The notes under the pieces were generated by a model. The model worked only from the letters and a program-made list of their open reading frames with translations. It made no database searches and was not told where the DNA came from. Positions 1 to 12,684 of a DNA stretch of 64,000 nt are shown one piece after another. Position 1 is the stretch's first letter. The number at the start of each line of letters is the position of its first letter. Source of the stretch: Coniocarpon cinnabarinum (Eukaryota); NCBI GenBank assembly GCA_051942205.1, contig JAVECO010000021.1, positions 1 through 64,000 on the forward strand, in the 5' to 3' direction. A program made the translations under genes and the position numbers.

Positions 1-3000
1 CCCTTGCCCCAGATTGACTTTCGCACCAAATCCCAACCCCCAGCTTGAGACATGCATGCCTCAACACGGAAAGGATCTCATCTTGACGGGGCGTCCCAAC
101 GCCCTCGCTGCCATTGAGTGCTCGGTGGAGATTGCGTTCGGAGAGATCTTTCTGACAAGATTGACCAGAGATTGGACGTGGTCATCACACTATTATCCGA
201 GCCCTGATATCAAGATCGGGTGCACGGCGTTGATCGATGCGGCGCCTGATGCAAACCAGGGCAGAGGACCCGCCAAATTATTCAACAAGACTCCTTCTCC
301 GGTACTCGCCTGACTGAGCGTGCGTTAGCTAGTTGTTTATGCATCATAGATGCATTCCTGTTGATATACGCGACGCAGTTCTTTACGCCGCGGTGAAACG
401 CTGGTCTGGCTTTGACTCGTCCGCGCAGTCTTGCAACACACACAATGCCCCAGTCCCTCCGGCCGGCGGTCCGTTATCCTCGGCTGGGAACCAAGACTTT
501 TGCATACTTCTGAACTCTGCTGCGGCAGGAGATTGTTCTTGAGAACGCAGGCAATGAGCTTGAATGTCTAAATGCTTGTTCGTGCTGGCGGAGTCATGCA
601 GAGCTGTGCAGGCGACAGCATGACACGAGCTTGGCAGTGCTACGTCACACATGTTTGAGATGCCGTGGACGCGGACGAGGTTCTACGAAGTGACACCGGA
701 CATGCAGATATTCTTCGTGTCATTCACAATGATTCGTTGCACACTCTCAGACACGTTCCGTTTGCGAACAAAGGGGATCGTGGTTACCAGGGTCACGCGC
801 ATCCTCTCATCTACCGTGGCACGGTGAGCAACCCGCCCATCTCGCAAAGTACATTCCGGATGGAACGGTCCGCACGCTCGTCCACTCACAGGACGCACTG
901 ACACGCATCTGGCGTGCAGGAACTCCGCGCGGTCAGAGCCATCCCGCGGCGATCTGCCTCTTTGCTGACTGCAGCCGCCCGTCACAGGACAATGTCTTGG
1001 GCCCTGATTGAGCGGCAGCAGCGACTGAACAACTTCCAAGACGTTGTTCGCTCTACCTGTCGCATTCCTTGCGAAGAAGTGAGAAACCCGGAGGATTCCT
1101 TGATTCCAGGCCCCGCCGGCAGTCAGCGCTTGCTGCGAGCCGCCTGAGCCGCATCGGGGGCAGCTCTCACGTGGCCAAAATGCGGTGGCGCATACGAGCC
1201 GTGTGGAGTACGCATGCGCCAGGGCCAAGGGGCGGAACGGACAGTCTGGAGTGCGTCCTGCCACGGAGATGACCGCACGTACCCAGCAGGCAGTCTTCCA
1301 ATCCGTTCGCTGGCAACCCTCAGCAATGCCTTGATCTTGAGATGATGCGACACTGTTTCGCTCGGGCTCATGTGCGACGTCACGCTTCACGAATCGGACA
1401 TGCCTTGAAGCATGTTGTGCATGTACCCGCCAAGGAGGGTACTGCTTGGACAGGTGCAGGCAGCATCAAATAGCTCTTGATGCATTCGTCCATCTTGAGT
1501 AATGTCTCTTGCTTGCTACCATCTAGACGCGTCCGAAATCTCCAACTCATTGCTTGCGGCGTTCCACCAGTGTGCGTGGCTGGGCGCCTGAGCCGCGACT
1601 TGAGCCATCAGGACCGGTCGAAGGCACACTGATGGTAATTCAAAGCCCACTTTACTTCTATAGCAATTGCGACCGCCAGGTACGATGAAAGCTCGGACTG
1701 CTGGTGCAGGCCCGAGCCCAAAGGTGCAACGGGTCGTTCTTATTTTGGCCGACTTCTTTTGGAACAGATGTTCGCTCAGCTTACTGCACACGCGAGAAGC
1801 GTCCCACTAAGAACGCCCAGCCTCTGGTCCAAACTTGCTGATGACCCGGCAAGGTACCACGCCCCTTGCTTCCCCGTAGCGAGCAGCCGTAGGTGGAGAG
1901 AACGACCGAATTCAAGGATTTGGCGAATGCAATTGGATCTTCACGAGACGCTTTGCAATCCGTAGCAGTGGAGCGTCCGCCTCTGCAAGGTTGAAGTTGC
2001 ATGTCCGTGTACAATCCGAGAGTTAACATGCGTCACTGACCTTGGGAGAGACTGACCATGTTTTGTAACACGGGCATACGCGTAGCGAGTCTCAAATACG
2101 TATGACAACCATGACGGGCCTTGAGCTCGGGGGCTGGGCTGCGCAAAGGCATTGCGATCATGTCGGTTGCTGTCCGAAGCATTCCTGGGCATCTGGGCGC
2201 ACCGGGACCCGGCCTGCTCGCGGTATGTACGGGTGACAGTATCGACTGCGATAATGACTGGAGTTGGCAGATACCTGGAAGGCTGACGCCGCAAGGAAGC
2301 AGCCAAACGAACGGGCGGGCGGACCGAAGCATGTCATGTGGTTCATGTTCATATGCAAGTCATTGCGGCGGAGGTACCTGCGTACCAGGCCTGTCGGCAG
2401 CCGGTGGCGAAAGCATAACCTTGCTGCTCGTCTTCCATCGACGCTACACCCCGACCGTGGTGGCCGACGCTCGCACTTGAACAGTCCGTGTCGTGCAGAC
2501 TGCAGCTAGAGGGCGACGTGTACCAGAGCGAGCAGCACGACAAGCTTGGTGTCGTGACTGGCGCGAAGAGTCAATCGTCGGCGCTAGCAGCATCTCTGCA
2601 TCGACAGACGTGTGACGTGAAAGGTCTCTGCAAGTCTACAGGGTCCCGTCCGCTTGAGAGTTGACCGCTTCGTTCGGCGGTCAGCACGCCGCCGGGCCAT
2701 GGCAGACAGGCGGTGACGGCTTTGCCCAGGTAGCGGTCATGTACCCGCGCAAAGCCGCATTGGGCCTGGCGGCGTGGCGGTAAAGTTTGCAGACAGCCCT
2801 GGGCGAGATCGCTCGCTCCGTCCTGACTTGGCCGTGGTCGCTGCCCTGCCCGTGGTGTCCCTGGTGGGTGGAGCTCAAGGCTGCATCCCGCAGCTCCGCA
2901 AGGAAAAGGGCAGAGGCGACACCGCCAGAGTGAGGAATACCCAGTACCCTTGCCCAGCCGTACGGCCCGTCACGGCCCGGACCAATCGCTCAGCTCGCAG

Positions 3001-4072
3001 GTACTTTGATACTTTGACTCCTCTGCAGCGCTCCTGGTGCCGGTGCTGTGCAACACCCTCCCACACAGGCCCCCGGTTCGCAGCAGGTCGACTGCGGTGA
3101 TCCTCTGCTTGCTGCTGAGGCCCCAGAGTGGAGGCAGCGCAGGTGCAGACGCAGGTGGCGCGGGCGGAGTGGCTAATGCTGGGATGCGGTTGAGCACAAA
3201 TATCGACCGTGGCGCGATCCGACGCACCAGAGCCAGAGACGACCCGGCGTACCAGGGTGGAGCGGAGGGGGAAAACGTCGGGGCCTGGCGTGCGTCAGAA
3301 CCTGAAGGCTGCACCTAGACCACTTGGCGCCTCCCTCTCGCTCGTCAGCTGACCAGCAGGCAATGCAGCAATCCTGGTCTGCCCGACGTGCTAATGCATC
3401 ATCCCTCACGCCATCCGCCTCCATTGGCTCCACGTCATTTTCTCCTCTCCACCTATGGAGTACATGCGCGGCCTCATACACGGTCCCGGGTGCGCCAATA
3501 TACTCTGCTCGCTCTTCTCGTCCTCCTTTGCAGCTCGGCTGATTGTCCGGTAGCCATCGTTGATGCCCAACTCATCAGCTTCGCGCATGTCTTGGTTTGA
3601 CGAGGGTGACGGCTCTCACAGACTTCGCTCCGACCCTCAGCAGCTTCCGAGCAGCCGCCGGACCGCGTAATCTTTCTGGGAGACGAGTGGCAATAGGGGC
3701 AACTCTACCTGCGACGGCAGTGATTTCGTCTGTGTCGATGAACGTCAGCGACAGTACTCTTGAGACTCCCACGTCTACCTCGGTTCATGCCATTGCAAAC
3801 GGGCACCAAACTACGCATTGGAGCTGTCTCACCAGATGCGTTGCGGGGTTGTGAGCGAGCACTTTTGCAGTCGTGGTACAATAAGACTAGTGGTAGAGTT
3901 TGTGTGCGAAGTACTTGTGTGTGTACTGGCCGTGTTGAGCCGTGACTGTAGACGTCGCCTGCAGCACCATGGCATGTAGGCATAATCTTACGTTTCTGCT
4001 TTTATGCTGAATTGAACCCAGTCCTGGGTCACGACCTCTGGATCGCTTTGACCGCTGGCCTATTGAATTCTT

Positions 4073-5363
4073 CTATTCCCCACTCTCTTCATCATCATCA
4101 TCATCATCATCCTCTGCACTTCCTTCAGAAGCTTGCGGATCGTCGGGCATGACAACAGAGTTCAAGTATGAGACAAAGGGCACCAAATCCTCAACCAGCT
4201 TTGCTATTCGATCCAAGGCACCAGGACCAACAATTTCCTCATCTTTGAGTTTGCAACCCAGCGTGAAGTTCCTCAAGCGCAGCAATTGAATGTCTTCGTG
4301 ATCAGCGTCATAGTCTCGAGGTTTTGTTTTGAGGGCGCTATCTGCATTGTGCTTGCAGAATGCTGAGACAGCCTTCTCCTTGTCAGCAGGAATACCACCT
4401 AGGAAAGACTTGCGAATTTGAGGATTTGTTAAAGCTTCCACAATCTTTCTCGGTTTCCTGTCAATGTTTCGCCGTAATTTAGCCAGTGCCTGAGCTTCGG
4501 GCATCCAAAGACCCCCGCCCAGAAAGCTTCCTCCATGTGGCTTGACTTGGAAGTAGTAGGCAGCGTATGGACCTTTGCGACCAGTACGAGACCAAGCTAC
4601 ACTGAATTGCGCTTTATACGGGGTTTGGTCGGGGCTAAAGCGGACATCCCTGTATATCCTGAAGAAACAATCCTTCAGTGGAAGTTCCTATGGAGACTGT
4701 GAGATCAAGTCGTAGACTGTCACATCGCATTAGTTTCCTTACTGGTATAGTCTCATCTGCTTCAGAAACTTTGGGTGCCAGGCATTCGAGGAACTCTATG
4801 AAATCTTTCCACGACGTCCGATAATCAGGGTCATGCATTTTCAGCCATTCCCGATCATTGTTTTTGCTAAGATCCTTGAGAAACAGCAGCGTGTTTGGAT
4901 GGATTCGCTCGTCCTTGTATGGTGTTTTGCCAGGGCTTCTAGGCTTGGGTTTGTTGAAGACAACTTGTGTCCCTGGTCCCAGACCTGTCTTCTTGCCCGT
5001 TCGCCAAAGTTCCGTACCCGAGTTGTTCCTTATTGATGCCGATGATCCTGTTGAGGGTCGATTTCGAACACCTTTCTGTTTCTTTCGTGGGGGTTCTGAA
5101 GCGTCGCTTTCGTCTGCTCCCTCCTCTTCTTCGATTGAGCTTGCACTTAAACCGTCAACACTGTCGTAGCCTGACTGTTCTCCGTTCTTATCGCTATCGC
5201 TATCGCGTTCAGATGACTCAGCTTCGAAATATTGGCTCCTCTTTGGTGTTCGATTGGGTCTGAGACTGCGACTGTTGGCAGGGGATGAGCCTGACATCAC
5301 CTCGCTGGATGGCTTCCCAGATAAGGGTGTGGACGCGTGGATAGCGTTCCCAGGGCGCGGCAT
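4073..5363 (-). CDS. DUF2461-family (TIGR02453-like) conserved protein
   Basis: ATG at 5363; intron 4688-4742 joins ...ADETIP|ELPLKDCFFRIYRDVRFSPDQTPYK...GGGLWMP. The motifs FLKDLSKNNDREW and RIYRDVRFS are typical of DUF2461. Acidic tail. Confidence 0.85.
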
Positions 5364-5610
5364 TTGCTTTTGGAATTGGATCTGCACAGTCTGCGCTTAG
5401 TTCAAAATCGTATGCTGAATGGTATCGGAAACGTGCTGGTGGTGGCCTTCCTCGCAGCTACGTCATCTAAGAGAACGCGTCGACGCGCTCGACCTTATCG
5501 GACTCAAACCAAGCCTGATTTGGGTCCGAGGGTATGCGCACTCCAATGCAAGCCCACACGTGACTCAATTCAACGCTTCTCGAGTCGCTCAATCGCACCT
5601 TTCAGAGGTA

Positions 5611-6796
5611 ATGAGCGCAGAACCTGAAGGTAGAAATGCTGTCAATGTCGCGTTTGAGCAGAAGAAAGCGAAGATCCTGAGATCTTTGCAGCAACCAACA
5701 GAGTCATACCAGGATGCGTCACCCAAAGGCTCTGTAGACGAGGCAATCCGTTACATCGTCGACTTGATCAATTCGCTTGATCATTACGTGACTACAAGCA
5801 GTTGTGCAGGCCGCGTTGCTGTCTTCGTAGACGATGCGGCGTTGGTCGGCGACAGCAACGCATCTGCAGATCAAGAAGCTGACACTTCTGCTGTCGGTCG
5901 CACGAGCACTGCATTCGTGCAGTCAAGCTCAGGCAAAGGGAATGGAAGTCGTTGGTTATTCGTTTCACATGAGAAAATTTCGCCAACGGCAGCAGCAGAA
6001 AGCCCATTAACGACGAGGCTAGGCCTGTCAGTAAATGAAGAAACTCGACATCCCAGGACACTATCAGACCAGCAACAATCATACGTGCACTTCAAGTTTG
6101 AGCCAATGGTAATTCGTCTCTTCTGCCCGCCTAGTAATCATGCGCTTGGTTTTCCAAGTCACAACACAGCTAGGTGCTGGGGGTCATTGCTAAAGAAGTA
6201 ATCTGACTATATGAACGAGCTAACGTCATTTGTATCTTTATGAGCACTGAATTCACTAACTATTCTAGATACTCCATGTTCTTGCCGCGTCGACCCAGTC
6301 AGCCCAAGTCATCCTCACCGCAGCGCTTCAAGCCGGCTTTCGCGAAAGTGGCATCACGGGCCTGAATTCAGCCTGCCCTATGGTGGCCGTACGTTGTCAG
6401 GGACTCGCTTTGGCCTCGATCATCGGTGTTGCCTGCTCGACAGCGACCTCGACTACGGGTAACATTCCCCGGCCTGTGCCAATCGTCTCTGAATCATACC
6501 TGGAGACGCTCGCCAAGCTTGGCAATGATCGATTTGACCGTAATGCTGAGCGAGTAAGCCGATTCACGCTTCTTGTCGAACAATTGAAATTCGGTCTCGG
6601 ACAGCACGGGGTACAAGAGAAGAGTGAGGGTGTGGAGGCACGTAAAATGCGCAAGCGCACTGAGGGTCTCAGACGTCAGGAAGAACTACACAACACGGAC
6701 AAAGCGCAAAACAAAAATACTGCAGCCCGCGCGATAGATTCACTTGATGTTTTTGAGATCGATCAACACGGCGGACTTCTTGGCTTCGCCGACTGA
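5611..6796 (+). CDS. TYW3: tRNA wybutosine-synthesizing protein 3 (methyltransferase)
   Basis: DASPKGSVD, TTSSCAGR and WLFVSH motifs; intron 6109-6268 joins KFEPM|ILHV...AGFRESG. ATG 5611 chosen as start; an in-frame ATG at 5419 is possible. Confidence 0.9.
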
Positions 6797-6985
6797 ACAC
6801 GCCCAAGGTCTGAACCTAGTGAGGGCTTTGTGTAGAGCATCCGAGATGTGACAGTGAGAAACAGTGAAGGTGAGACGGCCTGCAGGATGACAAGATGAAG
6901 GCGATCAATACGCCACTGTGCTATGTCCAATAACGCCACCGCTCATGCAATGCGTCCAGAATCATCCAAACATAACAATATACGC

Positions 6986-9341
6986 TCACCTCAAATGGCG
7001 AAGACCTGGTCCACCCACACGACCTGGCAGCACATTCCTACCCTTCTTTGCAAGGAAAGGACTGGGCATCTCATCTCGCTCAGGATCCCATACGGTCACA
7101 TCCTCCCTGTCTAAAGCTTGGGTGTTCTTGCAACTCAGCGTGGCATCATCAGCGAAATCATGCGCCGCAACCTCAGGAGCCGCCGTTCTCGCCTGCGCCA
7201 ACTCCACAAGTGTTCGACCCTGGACATGATGGTTCAAAGCCGCTGTATGACGCATTTGTGGAAACTCTTGCTTTCTGGACGGTGGCCGCCTCTGGGGTGA
7301 GGTAGGGCCCTGTGCCCTTCGGTGTCCGTTGTTTCCGTTATCGACCAAATTTGCTGCCGATGGTAATTTTGACATGCGTCGCGATGGCGATGTTGACCGA
7401 TTGGCGGCTCGTGGCGCTGACGGGGCGGTGGCCAATGATGTCTCTGTGTTGTCTGCGACAGCCTTCTGCGATTGTGGGAAGAGCGTGCCTGGTATACCAA
7501 CTTTGTTTTGCGGCATGGTCTTTTGACGAAGGAGACCCGGTCTTCTTCCTGCACTGCCCAGCTGCTTGAAGGGATCTCCACTGGGGTTTTTAAACCCCGT
7601 CGGTGATGCTATACCAGGAGGGTGGAGGGCGCCAAGGCCATCATCATCATCATCGTCGTCGTCGTCGTCTGCATCAGACCCAAGTGGAGAGCTCGATTCG
7701 GCTGAGGTAAAGATGTTCCTTGTCTTCGTATGGGGAGCAGGTTGGTGCTGGTCTCGACGGGGCGACAAGTTGAGGGAATGGATTGGCGCCGGTGATGGGT
7801 CGACCATGTTGACGTCTGCCGGGGAGCCTTCAAACATTGTCTGGGCTCTCGCAAACGGCGCACGATTGCTTCGCTTCATGCGCTGAGGCTTGTCGTTGTC
7901 TTGCTTTTCCGTACTTGGCGACTCCAGAGAAAGCTCACTCAGATCTGTCGAGGAGGGGAAGTCATCGGTCTCTCCCGCCGTACTTTGCGATTGCTGATGC
8001 GAAGCGACTTTCGTGTCCACGGTTGGCTCTCCTTGACATGGCGTTGTCGATCGTCTCAGCTCCTGTGTTGGTTCGGGTTGTGCGCTCTCCTTTTTGCTCA
8101 GCTCCTCCACCACTCGGCGTGCGACCTCTGCTTCGAATTGCCGACGCAGCTCTTCGCGCGTCTGCTGGACTTGGCAATCGATTTCAAGACGAGCTTTGAC
8201 TTCCCATTCTCGCCGCAAGGTACTGTCAATTTCTGCTCGCGTGGCTTGCTTGTCGGCATCAACCTGAGCCAATCTTATCTCAGCATCCTTCAAAGTCCTA
8301 GCAGCCTGCTCTTCTCGATTCTTCATCTGTCGACCAAGTCTTACAACCTCAAGCTCTTTCCGCTTTAATTTCACCATAGGGATGTTCAACAGTTGAGCAG
8401 TGTCCGGCCGAGTCATTGGATTGACTCTCAAACACCTATTGATGGACTCCTTCAGTTCCGTGGAGTACAGATGCGACAGTGGCGTCACCTTGCCCAATCG
8501 TATTCTTTGAATGAGCTCAAGATGGGTCTTGGCGTTAAATGGGGGCTCCTTCGAACATAATTCGTACATGATACATCCAAATGCCCAGATGTCCGAGTGC
8601 AAGCTATACTGCTCTGCGGCGCAGATCTCCGGAGACATGTAGTAGGGTGTACCGACATAGGTCGAAGCGAAATCATGGGCTTGCATGATCTTGGAAAGAC
8701 CAAAATCGCCAAGTTTGACAGAAGCATCAGAGCCAAGGAAAACTAGAACGGTCAGCGCAAGCCGGTCAGCGAATAGTCGCACACTTACTATTCTCAGGTT
8801 TCAGGTCGCGATGGAGGATCATGGCGTTCGCGTGTTGTGTCTTCCGAGCTGGTTTCGCGTCGCTACTGAGACCCATGACGTTACGTCCAACCTCTGGAGG
8901 ATCTTCGCCATAATGACAGCGATACAAAGCCATCACCAGCTGAGAAAAGACGCTCCACACGAAGTCCTCGTCGGCCATCTTGTTCGACGTCTTGAGTTCC
9001 TTGATGTAGCGACCGAGGTCTCCGTGTTCACAGTACTCCATGTAGATGTGCAGGTCCGATGCGGCCTTGAGGTGCTCGCGCTCATAGTAAGCAACAATGT
9101 TGGGGTGTCGCAAGCCTTTGAGGATGGACAGCTCGGCCTGAAGCTGTTCTCGTTCTTTCGACGACATGCGCAGGTAGCTGATCTCCTTGCGGCAGAGGAC
9201 GTAGCCGTCGTGCTTTCGGCGGACTTTCCGAATGATGCCGAATGATCCATGACCTGATCCTGTCAGAACTATGTGCTCATGTTGGTCTCGTTGGTACGGA
9301 CCGATTTTCTCCAGTATCTCATATTTCTCAGCTTCTGCCAT
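6986..9341 (-). CDS. nimA: NIMA-family (Nek) G2/M Ser/Thr kinase
   Basis: Introns 9254-9301 and 8743-8788 give IGHGSFG, CRKEISY, HRDLKPENIFL, DFG and YVGTPYYMSPE. Coiled coil follows, then the C-terminal GRTLVEL...WDPERDEMPSPF typical of fungal NIMA. Confidence 0.95.
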
Positions 9342-9766
9342 AGTAGTGGCCCAAAGAGCAAACGGAAACAGTAATGAGAGTGGTGCGCGTGAGAGTAAAG
9401 TTGTGCTACAAACTGCAAACCATGGCTATGCTACAATCAATTGCAAAGGTAAGACCTGAGATGCTTCCAACCATTCATGGACTGTGCCTCTACGCAGTCT
9501 TCCACTCACTTCATTGTTTAGCGGCCGAGCTTGTTGTCAGGGACGACAGTTCGGCTTTAATCACGAGATAATCTTAAACCCGAGATGTTCTCATCTCGAG
9601 TTCTTGGCGACGTCATATCTTTCTTGGGCCACGCTGACATTGCAGGTTGATTCGGTCTCTTTTGTGATTGCGCGGCATTCTGTGTTTACATTAGCTTTCA
9701 TCCCATTTCTCATAGGAGCTTGCAGTCGTGTTTGGCATTTTCGTCGGTGGAGCCCTTTGCAGCGGA

Positions 9767-11758
9767 ATGGTGCTCAAGAAGTATGAGATCGAGGCCGCAC
9801 TGCATGCTGAACATAAAGCGATCCAGGAAGGGCAACTGAAGGAAGACAACCCTTTAGATCAGAGCGAAGAGTTTAGACAATTCTGTGAAGCCTGTCGGCG
9901 CGGAGATCTGAAGACTTGCCAAGAGAAGCTTCAAGAGGGTGCGAACATTAATGCGAGAGATCGCTTCGATTACACACCTCTGATCTTGGTTGGTCCAGAG
10001 CACCAAGCTACACGCAGAAGACTAGGCTGACAAATTGCGAGGCAGGCCAGCCTGTGTGGACACTATGAGGTCTGTCAATTATTACTAGAATCCGGCGCCC
10101 TCTGCGAACGCGATACCTTCCAGGGGGAGCGCTGTTTATACAACGCGCTCAACGATCGCATTAGAAACTTGTTGCTATCATACGACTATTCTAAATCAAG
10201 AGATCCTTTACAGCCATTGGCTTCTCATCTTACTTCTCTTTTGAATCTTACTGTCCCTCAAACCTCGGATATTACACTCGTCGCCGAATCTACTTCTTTT
10301 AAACTCCATAAATTCATTCTCGCTGCACGGTCGCCCTACTTTGCCAAAAAGCTTGCCAGTGCCCCCGACACTGTGACTTGGAAAGTTCCCATCTCAATCC
10401 CAACGAAGTCCCTAGAGATTGCTATCCTGGGGCTGTACCTCAGCGAAGTGAATGTCGACTTCGGCGCAAGCGAAGAAGAGCAGGCTATCCTCGCAGGCAT
10501 TGACAAGCTCGGCAAGCAACTCGAAATAGACAGTCTCCTTGATACCATCATTGAGAGCAACCGCAGGATACAAAGGCAAAAGCGGGGGCAGGAGGTCGAA
10601 CGTGGTCGATTGCAGCTTGATGGCTGGTTCCACCGAAATGTGCTCCATCATGCAGTCACCATTAGTAGAGAAAAAGTTGATGGCGTGCGTTGGGATCGAC
10701 AGAACAATATTTTCGCAGACGTGCTCCTCTGTGCGACTGAGGAAGACGAGCCTGTCGAGGATGGCAGCTCGAACGCCAGACATGACATTGTGCATATCTA
10801 TGCAATCAACGAGCAATCTAATGGAATACCGGTGGGTCCAGCAGCAACTACACAGTCGCGATCTCGCAGCCGTTCTCGAGCACCTGCAAAGTCAGTCCTC
10901 TTCCCAGTGCACCGCGCAATGTTATTGCGGTCAGAATACTTCAGCGCCATGTTCTCGTCGCCGTTTAAAGAAGCACAAGACTCTGAACATTTACCAATCG
11001 TACATGTCGACTGCACGCCCGCTGTCCTGCGGGTCATCCTTGCTTATCTATACACGGAACAGGCTTCCTTTGGCTTGGACACAGCGATAGAAGTGTTGTT
11101 TGTGGCAGACTTCCTCATGATTGAAAAGCTCAAGGTCAAAGCAGCTATGATCATTTCTACACTTGGAAACGGCGTGTCCTCGGTAGTAGAAGCAGAGAAT
11201 CCCCGCGGTGAGACGATAGATGAAGAGGAGGATGCACTCGACATCTACGAGGTGGTGCGGGCCGGGTGGCAGACACGAGTGCATCGCTTAGAAGAGTTTG
11301 GAGCGAGGTACATGGCCTACCGGTTAGAGCATTACATCGATCAGGAAGACTTCAAGCAGTTGGTCAGGGAAAGCGCCGCTCGGATCAAGGGGCGACAAGA
11401 GACAGACACGGTTGAGCTAATAGACGACATTCGCTTCTACCTCTCAGAGCGATTCAGACTGCGATTCGAAGATGCGGGTATCGATGAGATGACCGAGGAA
11501 GAAGAGCGAAAATCTGCTGGAGCGGTCTCTGAGACAGAGGCAAAGGTTCAGAAAGATGGATGGGCGAATGGCGATGGCACCAAGGCGCTCGCTATGTCGG
11601 AGACGGAGGCAGAGACTGAAGCCGCCTTCGAAAAGGGTATGATTCGGACACTGGACGGCGACGAAGCTGGAGATGAGTTTACACAAGACGCATTGAACTA
11701 TCAGATCCTGCTTGGTAAGATTGACACACTTCTGGAGAACCTGCACTTGGATGCGTAG
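9767..11758 (+). CDS. Ankyrin-repeat and BTB/POZ domain protein (Btb3/ABTB1-like Cul3 adaptor)
   Basis: Intron 9989-10045 joins ankyrin DYTPLIL|ASLCGH; GERCLYNAL; two BTB domains (LHKFILAARSPYF; VHRAMLLRSEYFSAMF). Confidence 0.9.
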
Positions 11759-12684
11759 ACAAGAGCGACAGTAATTTTCATATCGCTAATGCGGATCATA
11801 AATTTGACGAAGGGCGCGCTTCTGCTCAGACGACATGAGGGTGGCCTGGTGCGTCGCGGTCCAATACGACTTGGACATGCAACGCCTTCGGAATTCCTCA
11901 AGACTTGGAGCGGGGGGGGTGAACATTCTCTATCAGCCTCTCCCCAACCATGCCAGAAGCCCATGAGAGGAAGACAACAGCAGCACCGCTTGCCGAGGAG
12001 CAGTGGAATAAGCTGACTGCAGTGCAGCAGCATTGACGTGCAGCTCCGATGCATCAAGTGGCGTCTTACCACCCTGCCTAGGGCAACATGAAGCCGGCAC
12101 TAGTGGACTCAAAGCACTAGCGCGAGGAGTCCCCCCCGCACTCCTGGCTCGCCTCTATTGCCACTACTTCAACACTACTGCCGACTTCTCGTCACTAACC
12201 TTTCACTTGTGGCATGATAAGCCAAAGACGGTCCGCTCACGGGTCCAGTGACGCTCATGGAGGTCTTGACGTCCTTCTACCCCTACTGAGCGCAAGTTCC
12301 AGTGCTTGAAGGCATTTGTTGCGAGACGGTGAATGCCTCGGTGGTTCGTCGATGGCCGCGATGGAGGTGTTCGAGCACGGTCGCCGGTGTTGCATCAAGC
12401 ACTCATGAACGCATCCGTGTCAGCACCGCGACGTGTTGGCGAATGAGAGCCAGACTCGCCTGGCATGTTGATCACCTGCTCCTCCTCCAAGCCTATTCAA
12501 TACGTGTATCTCCAGAGACGCGTCGATCCTCATTTTTATTTCCGAATCTCGACACATCCGCACGACTTCCAGGCGACGCCTTTAAATTGGCTGAACATGC
12601 CTCGTTCAGCGCGCGGCCGGGTGATTCCTCGTATCCGGGTCAAACACCAACGCTGGTCTCCACAGACCACAAGCGTTGAACACG

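Noticed and set aside
683..1390. 235-aa minus-strand ORF and other ORFs in 1-3.5 kb
   Set aside because: GTG start, Arg/Cys/Ala-rich composition typical of chance ORFs in GC-rich DNA, no motif or spliceable model.
7638..7669. (TCA)/(TCG) triplet runs, also near 4089-4111
   Set aside because: They encode poly-Asp tracts in NimA and DUF2461; not independent repeat elements.
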